Assembly: GCA_023386645.1 (NCBI GenBank)
Contig: JAEWJI010000007.1
Location: 4,243 to 68,242 of the forward strand
Length of the DNA stretch: 64,000 nt
Reading direction: 5' to 3'
From: Pseudomonadota bacterium
Lineage (GTDB): Bacteria; Pseudomonadota; Alphaproteobacteria; Caulobacterales; Caulobacteraceae
In this document: positions 17,711 through 27,423 of the stretch, in pieces
How the letters are laid out: each line of letters starts with the position of its first letter
Numbering within the stretch: the stretch's first letter is position 1
Position numbers and translations under genes: made by a program
The notes under the pieces: generated by a model
The model's database searches: none
Seen by the model: only the letters and a program-made list of their open reading frames with translations
Told to the model about the DNA's origin: nothing

Positions 17711-19495
17711 CTACCGCACCTGCCCCGCGATCCACGCATCCATCCGCTGGTCGAGCAGGTCGAGCGGCAACGGCCCGTCGACAAGCAGGGCGTCGTGGAA
17801 GTCGCGCACATTGAACCGCTCCCCCAGCGCCTGTTCCGCCCGCGTGCGGATGGCGCGGAGCCGGATCTCGCCGATCTTGTAGGCCAGGGCCTGGCCCGGC
17901 CATCCGATGTAGCGCTGCAGCTCGGTCTCGATATTGTGGGGCGCGAGCGCGGAATTCTCGGCGAAGCAGGCGCGGGCCTGTTCGACCGTCCAGCCCATCC
18001 AGTGCATGCCGGTGTCCGCGACCAGCCGGCAGGCCCGCCACATCTCGTAAGACAGCCGCCCGAACCGCTCCTCGGGCGTGCGATAGAAGCCCATCTCCTC
18101 GCCCAGGAACTCGGCGTACAGGCCCCAGCCCTCGCTGAAGGCGGTCACGTCGACGCTGCGCCGGAAATAGGGGCCGGCCTCCGCCTCCTGCTGGAGCGCG
18201 ATCTGCAGGTGGTGGCCCGGAACCGCCTCGTGCAGGGTCAGGGCCGGCAGTTCGTACAGCGGCCGCTGGTTCAACTTCGAGGTGTTGACGATGTAGCCGC
18301 CGGGAACTCCCTCGGCGAGCGAGCCCGAGAAGTAGCGGCCGGTCGTGTAGGTGGCCTCGATCTCGGCCGGCACCGGCCGCACGTCGTAGGGCAGGCGCGG
18401 GAGGGTTCGGAACAGGGCCGGCAGGCCGCCATCGGCCCGCTTGGCCATCTCCGAGGCCTTCTCCAGCAGGTCCTCGCGCGACTGGGCGTAGAAGCGAGGG
18501 TCGGTGCGCAGGTGGTTCAGGAAGCCGGCGAAGTCGCCCGTCCAGCCGGCGGCGCGCATCTCGGCATCCATCCGCGCGCGGATGCGGGCGACCTCCTGAA
18601 GACCCAGCTGATGGATCTGGTCCGGTGTCAGGTCTGTGGTCGTGTAGCTGCGGGCCTGGAAGGCGTAGTACTCGCGCCCGCCGGGCCGCGAGCCGATGCC
18701 GACGGCCGGCAGGGCGGCGGGCAGGTATTCGTCCTCCGCGAACCTCAGCCAGGCCTGGCGGCGCGGCGCGATCTGGTCGGTCACGATGGCGGCGGCGCGG
18801 GCCCGATAGCGGGCCTGGTCAGCCTCGGGAATGCTGTCGGGCAGCTCGGCGAAGGGCTTCAGCAGGGGGTCGGTGTCGGCCGTGAAGGCGACCTCGTTAC
18901 GCAGCGAGGCCAGGAAGCTCTCGACCACCGAACGCGGCTGGGTGAAGCCGGTCTCCAGCCCCCGGCGGGCATTGGCCAGGCTGTCGTCATAGACCTGGGC
19001 CATGCCCTCCAGCCGCGCCAGCCAGGCGTCGGCGTCGGCGGCCGTCGCGATGCGCGTATTGCCGGCCAGATAGAGCGCCAACTGGCCGACCCCGCCCTCG
19101 GAATCGAAGGCCAGCCGTCCGCTGTCGAAGGCGATCGACTGGATTGACCGCTCCAGCACCCAGATCAGGAAGTCGCGGTTCAGCCGGTCGTCCGACGACA
19201 GCCCCTCGACCGGCACGGCGCGGGCGCGGGCGAGGAATGCCTCCAGCGGGGCCTGGCGCGCCGCCTCGGCCGCCCAAGAGATGTCCGGCAGCCGCGCCTT
19301 GGCCGCCTGATCCCCCTCGAACCCCGCCGAGACCGGATCGTTCGCCCGCAGGAAGGCTTCGTAGTCGGCCAGCAAGGCCGCCAGCGCCGGATTAGAGGCG
19401 GGCGCTTCGGCCTGGGGCGGCGCCGGCTGGGCGACCACCGGCAAGGCAGTCGAGGCGAGCAGGCAGGCGACGAGGCCCGTGGCGACGCGGATCAT
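17711..19495 (-). CDS. DUF885 family protein (secreted paralog)
   Basis: Signal peptide MIRVATGLVACLLASTALPVVAQ. LTLHEAVPGHHLQ signature. Paralog of 10585..12411. Confidence 0.85.
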   Translation of the reverse strand: MIRVATGLVACLLASTALPVVAQPAPPQAEAPASNPALAALLADYEAFLRANDPVSAGFEGDQAAKARLPDISWAAEAARQAPLEAFLARARAVPVEGLSSDDRLNRDFLIWVLERSIQSIAFDSGRLAFDSEGGVGQLALYLAGNTRIATAADADAWLARLEGMAQVYDDSLANARRGLETGFTQPRSVVESFLASLRNEVAFTADTDPLLKPFAELPDSIPEADQARYRARAAAIVTDQIAPRRQAWLRFAEDEYLPAALPAVGIGSRPGGREYYAFQARSYTTTDLTPDQIHQLGLQEVARIRARMDAEMRAAGWTGDFAGFLNHLRTDPRFYAQSREDLLEKASEMAKRADGGLPALFRTLPRLPYDVRPVPAEIEATYTTGRYFSGSLAEGVPGGYIVNTSKLNQRPLYELPALTLHEAVPGHHLQIALQQEAEAGPYFRRSVDVTAFSEGWGLYAEFLGEEMGFYRTPEERFGRLSYEMWRACRLVADTGMHWMGWTVEQARACFAENSALAPHNIETELQRYIGWPGQALAYKIGEIRLRAIRTRAEQALGERFNVRDFHDALLVDGPLPLDLLDQRMDAWIAGQVR

Positions 19496-19567
19496 GGAAT
19501 CCCTCCCGAGAAGACGGTCGCATGGGGCGGCGCCAGAGCGGTCAGGTCAACCACCGAGCCGCAGCGG

Positions 19568-19681
19568 CCCCTCCACCATGCTCCGCATGGTCCCCCTCTC
19601 CACTGCGTGGGGAGGACAGGCGCCGGCTTATCCTCCCCATCGCAGATGGGGAGGGGGACCGCCCGAGGGGCGGTGGAGGGG
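19568..19681. repeat. palindromic doublet (A unit + spacer + B unit) of the double-hairpin repeat
   Basis: The A unit cccctccaccatgctccgcatggtccccctctccactgcgtggggagga and the B unit tcctccccatcgcagatggggagggggaccgcccgaggggcggtggagggg are in inverted orientation. The element abuts the alaS stop. Confidence 0.85.
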
Positions 19682-19682
19682 C

Positions 19683-22349
19683 CTACCCCGCCAGCGCGTC
19701 CCTGACCGCCTGCAATCCCGCCTCGGCCTTCGATCCGTCCGGGGCCCCGCCCTGGGCGAAGTCCGGTTTGCCGCCGGCGCCCTGACCGCCCATAGCCAGC
19801 ACGGCGGCACGGGCGAGGTCCGCGGCGTTGACGCGGCCGGCGAGGTCGCTGGTCGCGGCCACGGTCACCGCCGCGCGGCCGTCGGTGACGCCGATCAGGG
19901 CGACGACGCCCGAGCCGACCTGCTTCCTGAAGTCCTCGGCCACGCCGCGCAGGCCCTTGCCGTCCACCCCGTCCAGGACGCGGGCGATCAGCTTGACCCC
20001 GTTGATCTCCTCAGGCGCGGCGTTGGCGGAGCCGCCGCCGCCCAGGGCCAGCTGCTTCTTCAGGTCCGCGACCTGCTTCTCCAGCTGCCGGACCGAGGCC
20101 GTCAGCGCGTCCACGCGGGCGGGCACGTCGGCGGGCTGGACCTTGAAGCCCTGGGCCAGTTTGCGGGCCACCCCGGCCTGGGCCAGCAGGTATTGCCGCG
20201 CCGCCTCGCCGGTCAGGCCCTCGATACGGCGCACGCCCGCCGCGATGCCGGTCTCCGACACGATCTTGAACAGGGCGATGTCGCCGGTGCGGGCCACGTG
20301 GGTGCCGCCGCACAGTTCCACCGAATAGGGCTTGTCCGCCTCGGTCAGGCTGCGGCCCAGCGTCAGAACCCGCACCTCGTCGCCGTATTTCTCGCCGAAC
20401 AGGGCCACGGCGCCGGCCTCGATGGCCTCCTGCGGGGCCATCAGCTTGGTCTCGGCCGGCAGGTTCTGGCGGATGACCGCGTTCACCTCGTCCTCGATGC
20501 GGTTCAGCTCGTCCTCGGTGACCGGGGCGTTGTGGCTGAAGTCGAAGCGCACGCGCTCGGCGTCGACCAGCTGGCCCTTCTGGGCCACGTGGGGCCCGAG
20601 CACGTTCTTGAGCGCCGCGTGCAGCAAGTGGGCGGCGGAGTGGTTGGCGCGGGTGGTCAGGCGGGCGTCGGCGGTGGCTCGCAGCTGCACCTGGGCGCCG
20701 ATGCCAAGCGTCCCCGACGTGATCTCCACCTTGTGGGCGTAAAGGTCGCCGCCGGCATGCTTCTGGACGTCCAGCACGGTCCCGGTCGCCTGCTGGCCCG
20801 ATGTGTCGGTCCATTCGATCTCGCCGCGATCGCCGGCCTGGCCGCCGCCTTCGCCATAGAAGGGCGTCTGGTCGAACAGGACCTCGGCGGTCTGACCGGT
20901 CTCGACCGCGTCGACCACATGGCCGTCGTGGACAATGGCCAGGACCTCGCCAGTCCCCTCGACCGCGTCATAGCCGGTGAACATCGTCGGCCCCAGCCGG
21001 TCGCGCAGCGCCAGCCATTCGCCGGCGGCGGCGGTCTGGCCCGAGCCCTTCCAGTTGGCCTTGCCGCGCTCGCGCTGCTCGGCCATGGCGGCCTCAAAAC
21101 CTTCGACGTCGACGGAGAACCCGCGCCGCCGCGCCTCGTCCTGGGTGAGGTCCAGCGGGAAGCCATAGGTGTCATAGAGCGAGAACGCCGTCTGGCCGCC
21201 GATCACGCCACCTTCGGGCAGGTCGCGCGTGGCGTCTTCCAGCAGCCCCATGCCGCGCCCGAGCGTGGTGCGGAAGCGGATCTCCTCCTGCTTCAGCGTG
21301 TCCTCCACGAACGGCTGGGCGCGCTTCAGCTCGGGATAGGCGGCGCCCATCTGGTCCACCAGGGTCGGCACAAGCCGGTGCATCAGGGGATCGGACGCGC
21401 CCAGCAGGTGGGCGTGGCGCATGGCGCGGCGCATGATCCGGCGCAGCACATAGCCGCGACCCTCATTGGACGGCGTCACCCCGTCGGCGATCAGGAAGGC
21501 CGAGCTGCGCAGGTGGTCGGCGATCACCCGGTGGCTGGGGGCCATGTCGCCGTCCGGCGCGGTCGAGGTCGCGTCGGCGCTAGCCCTGATCAGGGTCTGG
21601 AACAGGTCGGTGTCGAACACCGAGTTCTTGCCCTGGAGCACCGAGGCGATCCGCTCCAGACCCATGCCGGTGTCGACCGAGGGCTTGGGCAGTTTGCGAA
21701 CAATCTCGTCGTTCTCCTTCTCGAACTGCATGAAGACGTTGTTCCAGATCTCCACGTAGCGATCGCCGTCCTCGTCCGGTGACCCTGGAGGGCCGCCCGG
21801 GACGTGGTCGCCGTAGTCCCAGAAGATCTCGGTGCAGGGGCCGCAGGGCCCGCTGTCGCCCATGGCCCAGAAGTTGTCCGAGCCCGCGATGCGGATGATC
21901 TTGTCGTCGGAGAAGCCCGTGACCTTCTTCCAGATGTCGAAGGCCTCGTCGTCGTCGATATAAACGGTGACCAGCAGGCGCTTGGGATCCAGGCCGAAGT
22001 CGCCGGTAACCAGCTTCCACGCCCGGTCGATGGCGTGTTCCTTGAAATAGTCGCCGAAGGAGAAGTTCCCCAGCATCTCGAAGAAGGTCAGGTGTCGCGC
22101 GGTGTAGCCGACGTTGTCCAGGTCGTTGTGCTTGCCGCCGGCGCGGACGCACTTCTGGGAGCTGACGGCGCGAGGCGAGGGCGGCCGGGCGGCGCCGGTG
22201 AAGTAGTCCTTGAACGGCACCATGCCCGCGTTGACGAACAGCAGGGACGGGTCGTTCTGCGGGACCAGCGGGGCGGAGTGCACCTTTTCGTGGCCGTCGG
22301 CCGCGAAGAAGTCGAGGAAGGTGGACCGGATGTCGTTCAGGCTGGCCAT
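19683..22349 (-). CDS. alaS: alanine--tRNA ligase
   Basis: AlaRS along its full length. Start set at ATG 22349 (MASLNDIRSTFLDFFAADGHEKV). The 23-codon extension in the track was discarded. Confidence 0.95.
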   Translation of the reverse strand: MASLNDIRSTFLDFFAADGHEKVHSAPLVPQNDPSLLFVNAGMVPFKDYFTGAARPPSPRAVSSQKCVRAGGKHNDLDNVGYTARHLTFFEMLGNFSFGDYFKEHAIDRAWKLVTGDFGLDPKRLLVTVYIDDDEAFDIWKKVTGFSDDKIIRIAGSDNFWAMGDSGPCGPCTEIFWDYGDHVPGGPPGSPDEDGDRYVEIWNNVFMQFEKENDEIVRKLPKPSVDTGMGLERIASVLQGKNSVFDTDLFQTLIRASADATSTAPDGDMAPSHRVIADHLRSSAFLIADGVTPSNEGRGYVLRRIMRRAMRHAHLLGASDPLMHRLVPTLVDQMGAAYPELKRAQPFVEDTLKQEEIRFRTTLGRGMGLLEDATRDLPEGGVIGGQTAFSLYDTYGFPLDLTQDEARRRGFSVDVEGFEAAMAEQRERGKANWKGSGQTAAAGEWLALRDRLGPTMFTGYDAVEGTGEVLAIVHDGHVVDAVETGQTAEVLFDQTPFYGEGGGQAGDRGEIEWTDTSGQQATGTVLDVQKHAGGDLYAHKVEITSGTLGIGAQVQLRATADARLTTRANHSAAHLLHAALKNVLGPHVAQKGQLVDAERVRFDFSHNAPVTEDELNRIEDEVNAVIRQNLPAETKLMAPQEAIEAGAVALFGEKYGDEVRVLTLGRSLTEADKPYSVELCGGTHVARTGDIALFKIVSETGIAAGVRRIEGLTGEAARQYLLAQAGVARKLAQGFKVQPADVPARVDALTASVRQLEKQVADLKKQLALGGGGSANAAPEEINGVKLIARVLDGVDGKGLRGVAEDFRKQVGSGVVALIGVTDGRAAVTVAATSDLAGRVNAADLARAAVLAMGGQGAGGKPDFAQGGAPDGSKAEAGLQAVRDALAG

Positions 22350-22446
22350 GGCGGTGCGTTCGTCGGCGAGAGGCGGGGAGGGACGCCTCATATAGGGAAA
22401 TGCCGCCGGTGGCATCACCCGGATGTGATCGGGCCGCGCGCGTGCG

Positions 22447-22481
22447 TCACCTCCCCACGAGCAGAGCGAGCGGGGAGGTGA
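22447..22481 (-). terminator. hairpin downstream of the small acidic ORF
   Basis: tcacctcccc-N15-ggggaggtga. Confidence 0.4.
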
Positions 22482-22514
22482 TCGGCGGCGATCCGTCGAC
22501 GAGACGGAGGGGCT

Positions 22515-22709
22515 CTAGTCTTCCTCCACCTCGTCCACCGCGGCGTCGTCTTCGGACAGCAGGGCGTCGAGGGCGTCGATGATGGCGTCGAGCTGGTCGG
22601 GGGTGGCCTCGACGGTGAGGGAGCCGCCGCCGTCCCCTTCGACGGAGATGAGGTAGCCGTTCTCGGTTTCCGACAGGCTGAACTGGCTAAGGGCTTGGAC
22701 GTCGGCCAT
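22515..22709 (-). CDS. small acidic hypothetical protein
   Basis: 64 aa. Strong GC3 coding signal, GGAG upstream, very acidic C-terminus (SEDDAAVDEVEED). Followed by a hairpin at 22447..22481. Confidence 0.5.
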   Translation of the reverse strand: MADVQALSQFSLSETENGYLISVEGDGGGSLTVEATPDQLDAIIDALDALLSEDDAAVDEVEED

Positions 22710-22778
22710 GGGGAGGCTCCGGCTTGAGGGACTTTAGACCTCCTCAACCGCCGACCCGTGCATCGGGCTCCCGGGTCC

Positions 22779-22814
22779 AAAAGAAAAAGCCGCCCGGCGG
22801 CGAGGCCGGGCGGC
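22779..22814 (-). terminator. rho-independent terminator downstream of recA
   Basis: On the minus strand, gccgcccggc-ctcgcc-gccgggcggc (10-bp GC stem) is followed by tttttctttt. Confidence 0.75.
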
Positions 22815-22876
22815 GTCCCCGGCCCGGCCCGCGCGGGGTCGGATGGCGGGTCGCGCGGACCCGGCCGGGGAAGGGT

Positions 22877-22923
22877 GTTGGACGGTCGGGAGTTGGACTG
22901 TCCAACAGTCCAACTTGTCCAAA
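22877..22923. repeat. array of five GTTGGAC/GTCCAAC heptamers in the recA 3-prime region
   Basis: GTTGGAC at 22877 and 22892, GTCCAAC at 22900 and 22908, GTCCAAA at 22917. The central part is a perfect 10-bp palindrome on the minus strand, gttggactgt-tgg-acagtccaac. Confidence 0.8.
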
Positions 22924-22942
22924 CGTCAGAGCAGGACCGGGA

Positions 22943-24043
<1,101 letters not shown>

Positions 24044-24102
24044 GATTCCCATCTGGTTTCGGGAGAGACCCGCCATGGACCCGCTCCCAGTGACGGGACT
24101 AT

Positions 24103-24134
24103 GTGCACGGTTTGTTCCGGTTGCCAATATGTTC
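24103..24134 (-). promoter_or_regulatory. candidate tandem LexA (SOS) boxes upstream of recA
   Basis: The minus strand reads GAACatattggCAACcgGAACaaaccgtGCAC. This is two GAAC-N7-GAAC-type direct repeats, each with one mismatch in the second half. Confidence 0.35.
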
Positions 24135-24193
24135 TTTTTTGGCGGCGTTGGGGGATGCGACCGATTTTGACGTGAGCCGTATCGGCGAGCGGG

Positions 24194-26083
24194 TCAGGTC
24201 GGGCCGCCGGCCGCGGGCGGCGGAGCAGGCTCTGCGACGCGAGCGTAGAGCGACACTCCACAGGCGAGCGCCAGGCTGAGGGTGGCGGCGATCGCCATCG
24301 CCCGCGGGCGGCCTTGGGGCGCCAGTGGCCGTGCGAGGCTGAGCATCAGGAGCGCGATCAGGGCGAGGACCCCTGGCAGGTCCATGCCGACGCCGAGGAA
24401 GGTCGGGTGGGCGAGGGTGACCAGCCAGCCTCCGCCGAGGATCAGCGCGACGGCCGGGGCGATCAGGGCGGCGGGGCGTTGCAGGCGGGGATCGACGAAG
24501 GCGGCGATGGCGGCGGCGAGCGCGGCCAGAAGGCCGATCCAGACGAACAGAAAGGCCGCCCCGGGCGCGGCGCCCTGGGCCACAGCGCCGACTAGCAGGA
24601 TCAGGGCGATCAGGCCCAGCCAGCCGCCCCAGGCTGAGCGGGGCGCCGAGACCCTGAACCCGCCGAGCGCCAAGGCGATCACGGCCGCGCCGAGGATCAC
24701 CGGGCTGAAGCGGCCAAGACCGAGGGCCAGCAGGGCCGCCGCGGCCGTCACGCCGGCGAGGACGCGCCGCCCGGCTGCCTCGCGCCCGCCGAGCAGGAGC
24801 AGGGCCGCGGCCAGGACCGCCAGCGCCGCGCCCGCCTCCATCCAAGGCAGGCGGCGCAACAGGGTGTAGTAGGCCTCGGGCGAGAAGCCCCGGCCGGCCA
24901 CGGGCCCGGCCAGCACGCGAATGGCCTGAGTCAGAACCAGGCCCAGGGCGACGAACCACAGGCCCGACAGGACGCCGCGCCCCACATCGGCGGCTTCGAG
25001 CCGCCCCGCCCGCCGCACGCGCCAGGCCGCCACGCCCGCCAGCGCGACCGCGCCGAGCCACAGGCCCCAGCCCCAGGCAGGCGGGTGGCCGACGATCACA
25101 CGGCCGAACAGGTCGGCATAGACCTTGTCCTCCTCTGGCCCCGGCAGGGTCCGCGCCCGCAGCAGGGCGTCGGTCGCCTCAAGCGCCTGGGAGCCCAGAT
25201 GCTGGAGCGCGCCCTGATCGAGCGCGCCGGGCGTGGAGGCGGGGGAGTGATACTGGGCCGGCCGGCCGATGAAGGCGAGGTTCAGCCCTTGCAATCCCCG
25301 GTCCCGGGCCACGGTGAAATCGGTGCCGTTGGGCATCAACGCATAGACGAAGACGGCCAGGGCGTTGGACGTCACGCCGCCGTCGGCTCTCAGGCCCGCG
25401 CGGGCGAACAGGTCGATGGTCGGAGTGTTGCCGCGCCCGGTCTCGAACATCATGGCCCGGCCGCCGCCGCCGCGCGCCTCCAGGTTGACCACGGCGCCGA
25501 TCCGGTCGCGAAGGGGATGGCCGCCGAAAAAGACCCGCGCGCCGTCCAGGCCCAGCTCCTCGGCGTCGGTGATCAGCACGACCAGGTCGCGCTCCGCCCC
25601 GCCGCGCGCCTTCAAGGCCCGCACCGCCTCAAGAATGGAGGCGACGCCGGCCGCGTCGTCGGCGGCGCCGGGCGAATCCCAGGCGCTGTCGTAATGGGCC
25701 ATGATCAGCACGGCGGGCTGGGCTCGGTCACGGCCGGGCAGGACGCCAACCAGGTTCTGCACGCCGACGCCCGGCGGCACGGGCGCCCCGCTCCAGCGGC
25801 CCAATCGTTCGACCGAGCCGGGCGACAGGGGGCCTGTCTGGACCTCGGGCGAAAGTCCCAGGGCCGTCATCCGGGCCCTCAGGTGGTCCCGCACCCGCGC
25901 ATGATCGGCCGAGCCGACCGGGTGCGGCCGCTCGCCCATGACACCAACGTCGGCCATGGCTCGCCCGGCGGAGAAGGCGGTCGCCGGCGCATCCGGCCCT
26001 CGTGGCGATGGGACCTGCAAGGCCCAGACGCCCAGCAACAGGGCCAGCAACAGCGACCCGATCAACAGCCCGATGCGCGCCAT
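24194..26083 (-). CDS. M28 family zinc peptidase fused to a polytopic membrane domain
   Basis: N-terminal TM helix. M28 core (VLIMAHYDSAWDSPGAADDAAGVASILE, VLITDAEELGLDGAR). About eight hydrophobic helices follow in the C-terminal half. Confidence 0.85.
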   Translation of the reverse strand: MARIGLLIGSLLLALLLGVWALQVPSPRGPDAPATAFSAGRAMADVGVMGERPHPVGSADHARVRDHLRARMTALGLSPEVQTGPLSPGSVERLGRWSGAPVPPGVGVQNLVGVLPGRDRAQPAVLIMAHYDSAWDSPGAADDAAGVASILEAVRALKARGGAERDLVVLITDAEELGLDGARVFFGGHPLRDRIGAVVNLEARGGGGRAMMFETGRGNTPTIDLFARAGLRADGGVTSNALAVFVYALMPNGTDFTVARDRGLQGLNLAFIGRPAQYHSPASTPGALDQGALQHLGSQALEATDALLRARTLPGPEEDKVYADLFGRVIVGHPPAWGWGLWLGAVALAGVAAWRVRRAGRLEAADVGRGVLSGLWFVALGLVLTQAIRVLAGPVAGRGFSPEAYYTLLRRLPWMEAGAALAVLAAALLLLGGREAAGRRVLAGVTAAAALLALGLGRFSPVILGAAVIALALGGFRVSAPRSAWGGWLGLIALILLVGAVAQGAAPGAAFLFVWIGLLAALAAAIAAFVDPRLQRPAALIAPAVALILGGGWLVTLAHPTFLGVGMDLPGVLALIALLMLSLARPLAPQGRPRAMAIAATLSLALACGVSLYARVAEPAPPPAAGGPT

Positions 26084-26300
26084 GACGATCCTCCCCGATC
26101 CCGATCACCGTATTGCCAAGCCGCCCCGGACGGAAGAGTCCGAGCAGCGGGCTGTCAGGGCCGGCTGGGAGGCGAAGCGGCAAGAAACATTTGTGCAACA
26201 GGGCGTGAATAAAGGGAAATCCGCGCTTCTGCCGCCTTGTCGGCGAGGGTGACCCGTGGTGTGTGAACCCTGCTTCATTGCGAAGCGCGGGGGGATTTCC

Positions 26301-27095
26301 ATGAAGACGTTGCTGAGCGCCCTGGCGGGCGTCCTGATGCTTGTGCTCGCGAATACGGCGAGCGCGGCCCCGGTGACCTGGTATCTCACCGCCACTCTGA
26401 ACGACGGGGGAACGGCTAGCGGATCCTACGTCTACGATGCGGCCAGCAACACTTACTCGAACTTCAACATCGTCTCGACAACGGGAACGCAGCGCAACGG
26501 CGATGTCTACACTGTTGGCGGCTATCCTTATAATAGCGCCTCATTCTTTCTGGCGAAGAACGCCGGTGAATCAGCGGGCATCTATTTCTATTTGGTCGGA
26601 CCGATGTCGGGTGCTGGCGGCACTATCCTTCTCTCGGGAGGCCAGGAGTGGGATTGCGCTACCCCGAATTGCGGCACAGGAACGAACGCTCGCACCATGA
26701 CGAGCGGCTCGATCACGACGACGGCTCCCCCCGCTCCGCCCGCCATCACCAGCCTTTCGCCCTCGACGGGGCCAAGCCCGGGCGGATATCCGGTGGTCAT
26801 CACCGGAACGGATTTCACGGGCGCCACGGCGGTGACTTTCGGCGGGACGGCGGCCGCCTCGTTCACGGTGAACAGCGACACCCAGATCACCGCTGTCGCG
26901 CCAGCGGGTGCGGTTGGTCCGGTGGATGTGGCCGTGACCACTCCGGATGGGACCAGCGCCAACACCGCCGCGGATGATTTCACCTACACCGTCCCGGCCG
27001 TTCCGACCCTGACGGAATGGGCGATGATCCTGTTCGGCTCGCTGTTGGCGGGCGGTGCGGCGATGATGGCCCGTCGGCGACGCGCGATCGTCTGA
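26301..27095 (+). CDS. secreted IPT/TIG-domain protein with IPTL-CTERM tail
   Basis: Signal peptide MKTLLSALAGVLMLVLANTASA. IPT/TIG-like segment ITSLSPSTGPSPGGYPVVITGTDFTGATAVTFGG. Tail VPAVPTLTEWAMILFGSLLAGGAAMMARRRRAIV. Confidence 0.8.
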   Translation: MKTLLSALAGVLMLVLANTASAAPVTWYLTATLNDGGTASGSYVYDAASNTYSNFNIVSTTGTQRNGDVYTVGGYPYNSASFFLAKNAGESAGIYFYLVGPMSGAGGTILLSGGQEWDCATPNCGTGTNARTMTSGSITTTAPPAPPAITSLSPSTGPSPGGYPVVITGTDFTGATAVTFGGTAAASFTVNSDTQITAVAPAGAVGPVDVAVTTPDGTSANTAADDFTYTVPAVPTLTEWAMILFGSLLAGGAAMMARRRRAIV

Positions 27096-27206
27096 GCGCG
27101 ACGCGGCCCGGTCGCGACCCAAAGACGCAGCACAGGCGCTGATGTTCTTAGACCTTGCACCGACCGCCGATAGGTGCCCTTGTCCGTCCCGCTCAGGGGA
27201 TGCGCG

Positions 27207-27413
27207 ATGAAAGACTGGACCACCCGCAAGGCGGCCGAGCTGACGTGCCCGAACGGCGACTGTCGCGCGCGTTATACGGTGACCGAGGTCAAGCTGCCGC
27301 AGCCCGAGGAAGACTACGCCCTGTGCTGGTCCTGCGGGGTCGAGATGGCGCGCTGGTCCGGCTCGATCATGCCTCTGTTCCGCGCCGTGCCGAGCTACAA
27401 GCCGCCGCAGTGA
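27207..27413 (+). CDS. small Cys-pair (zinc-ribbon-like) hypothetical protein
   Basis: 68 aa from ATG 27207. CPNGDC...CWSC arrangement. Coding-like GC3 bias. Confidence 0.5.
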   Translation: MKDWTTRKAAELTCPNGDCRARYTVTEVKLPQPEEDYALCWSCGVEMARWSGSIMPLFRAVPSYKPPQ

Positions 27414-27423
27414 CGCAACGACC

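Noticed and set aside
19479-21782. 767-aa plus-strand ORF
   Set aside because: It is antisense to alaS and begins inside a repeat element. It is a shadow ORF.
24044-24127. 28-codon N-terminal extension of recA
   Set aside because: Alignment with remembered alphaproteobacterial RecA N-termini starts near [15 protein letters not shown]. The extension would also cover the likely promoter and operator.
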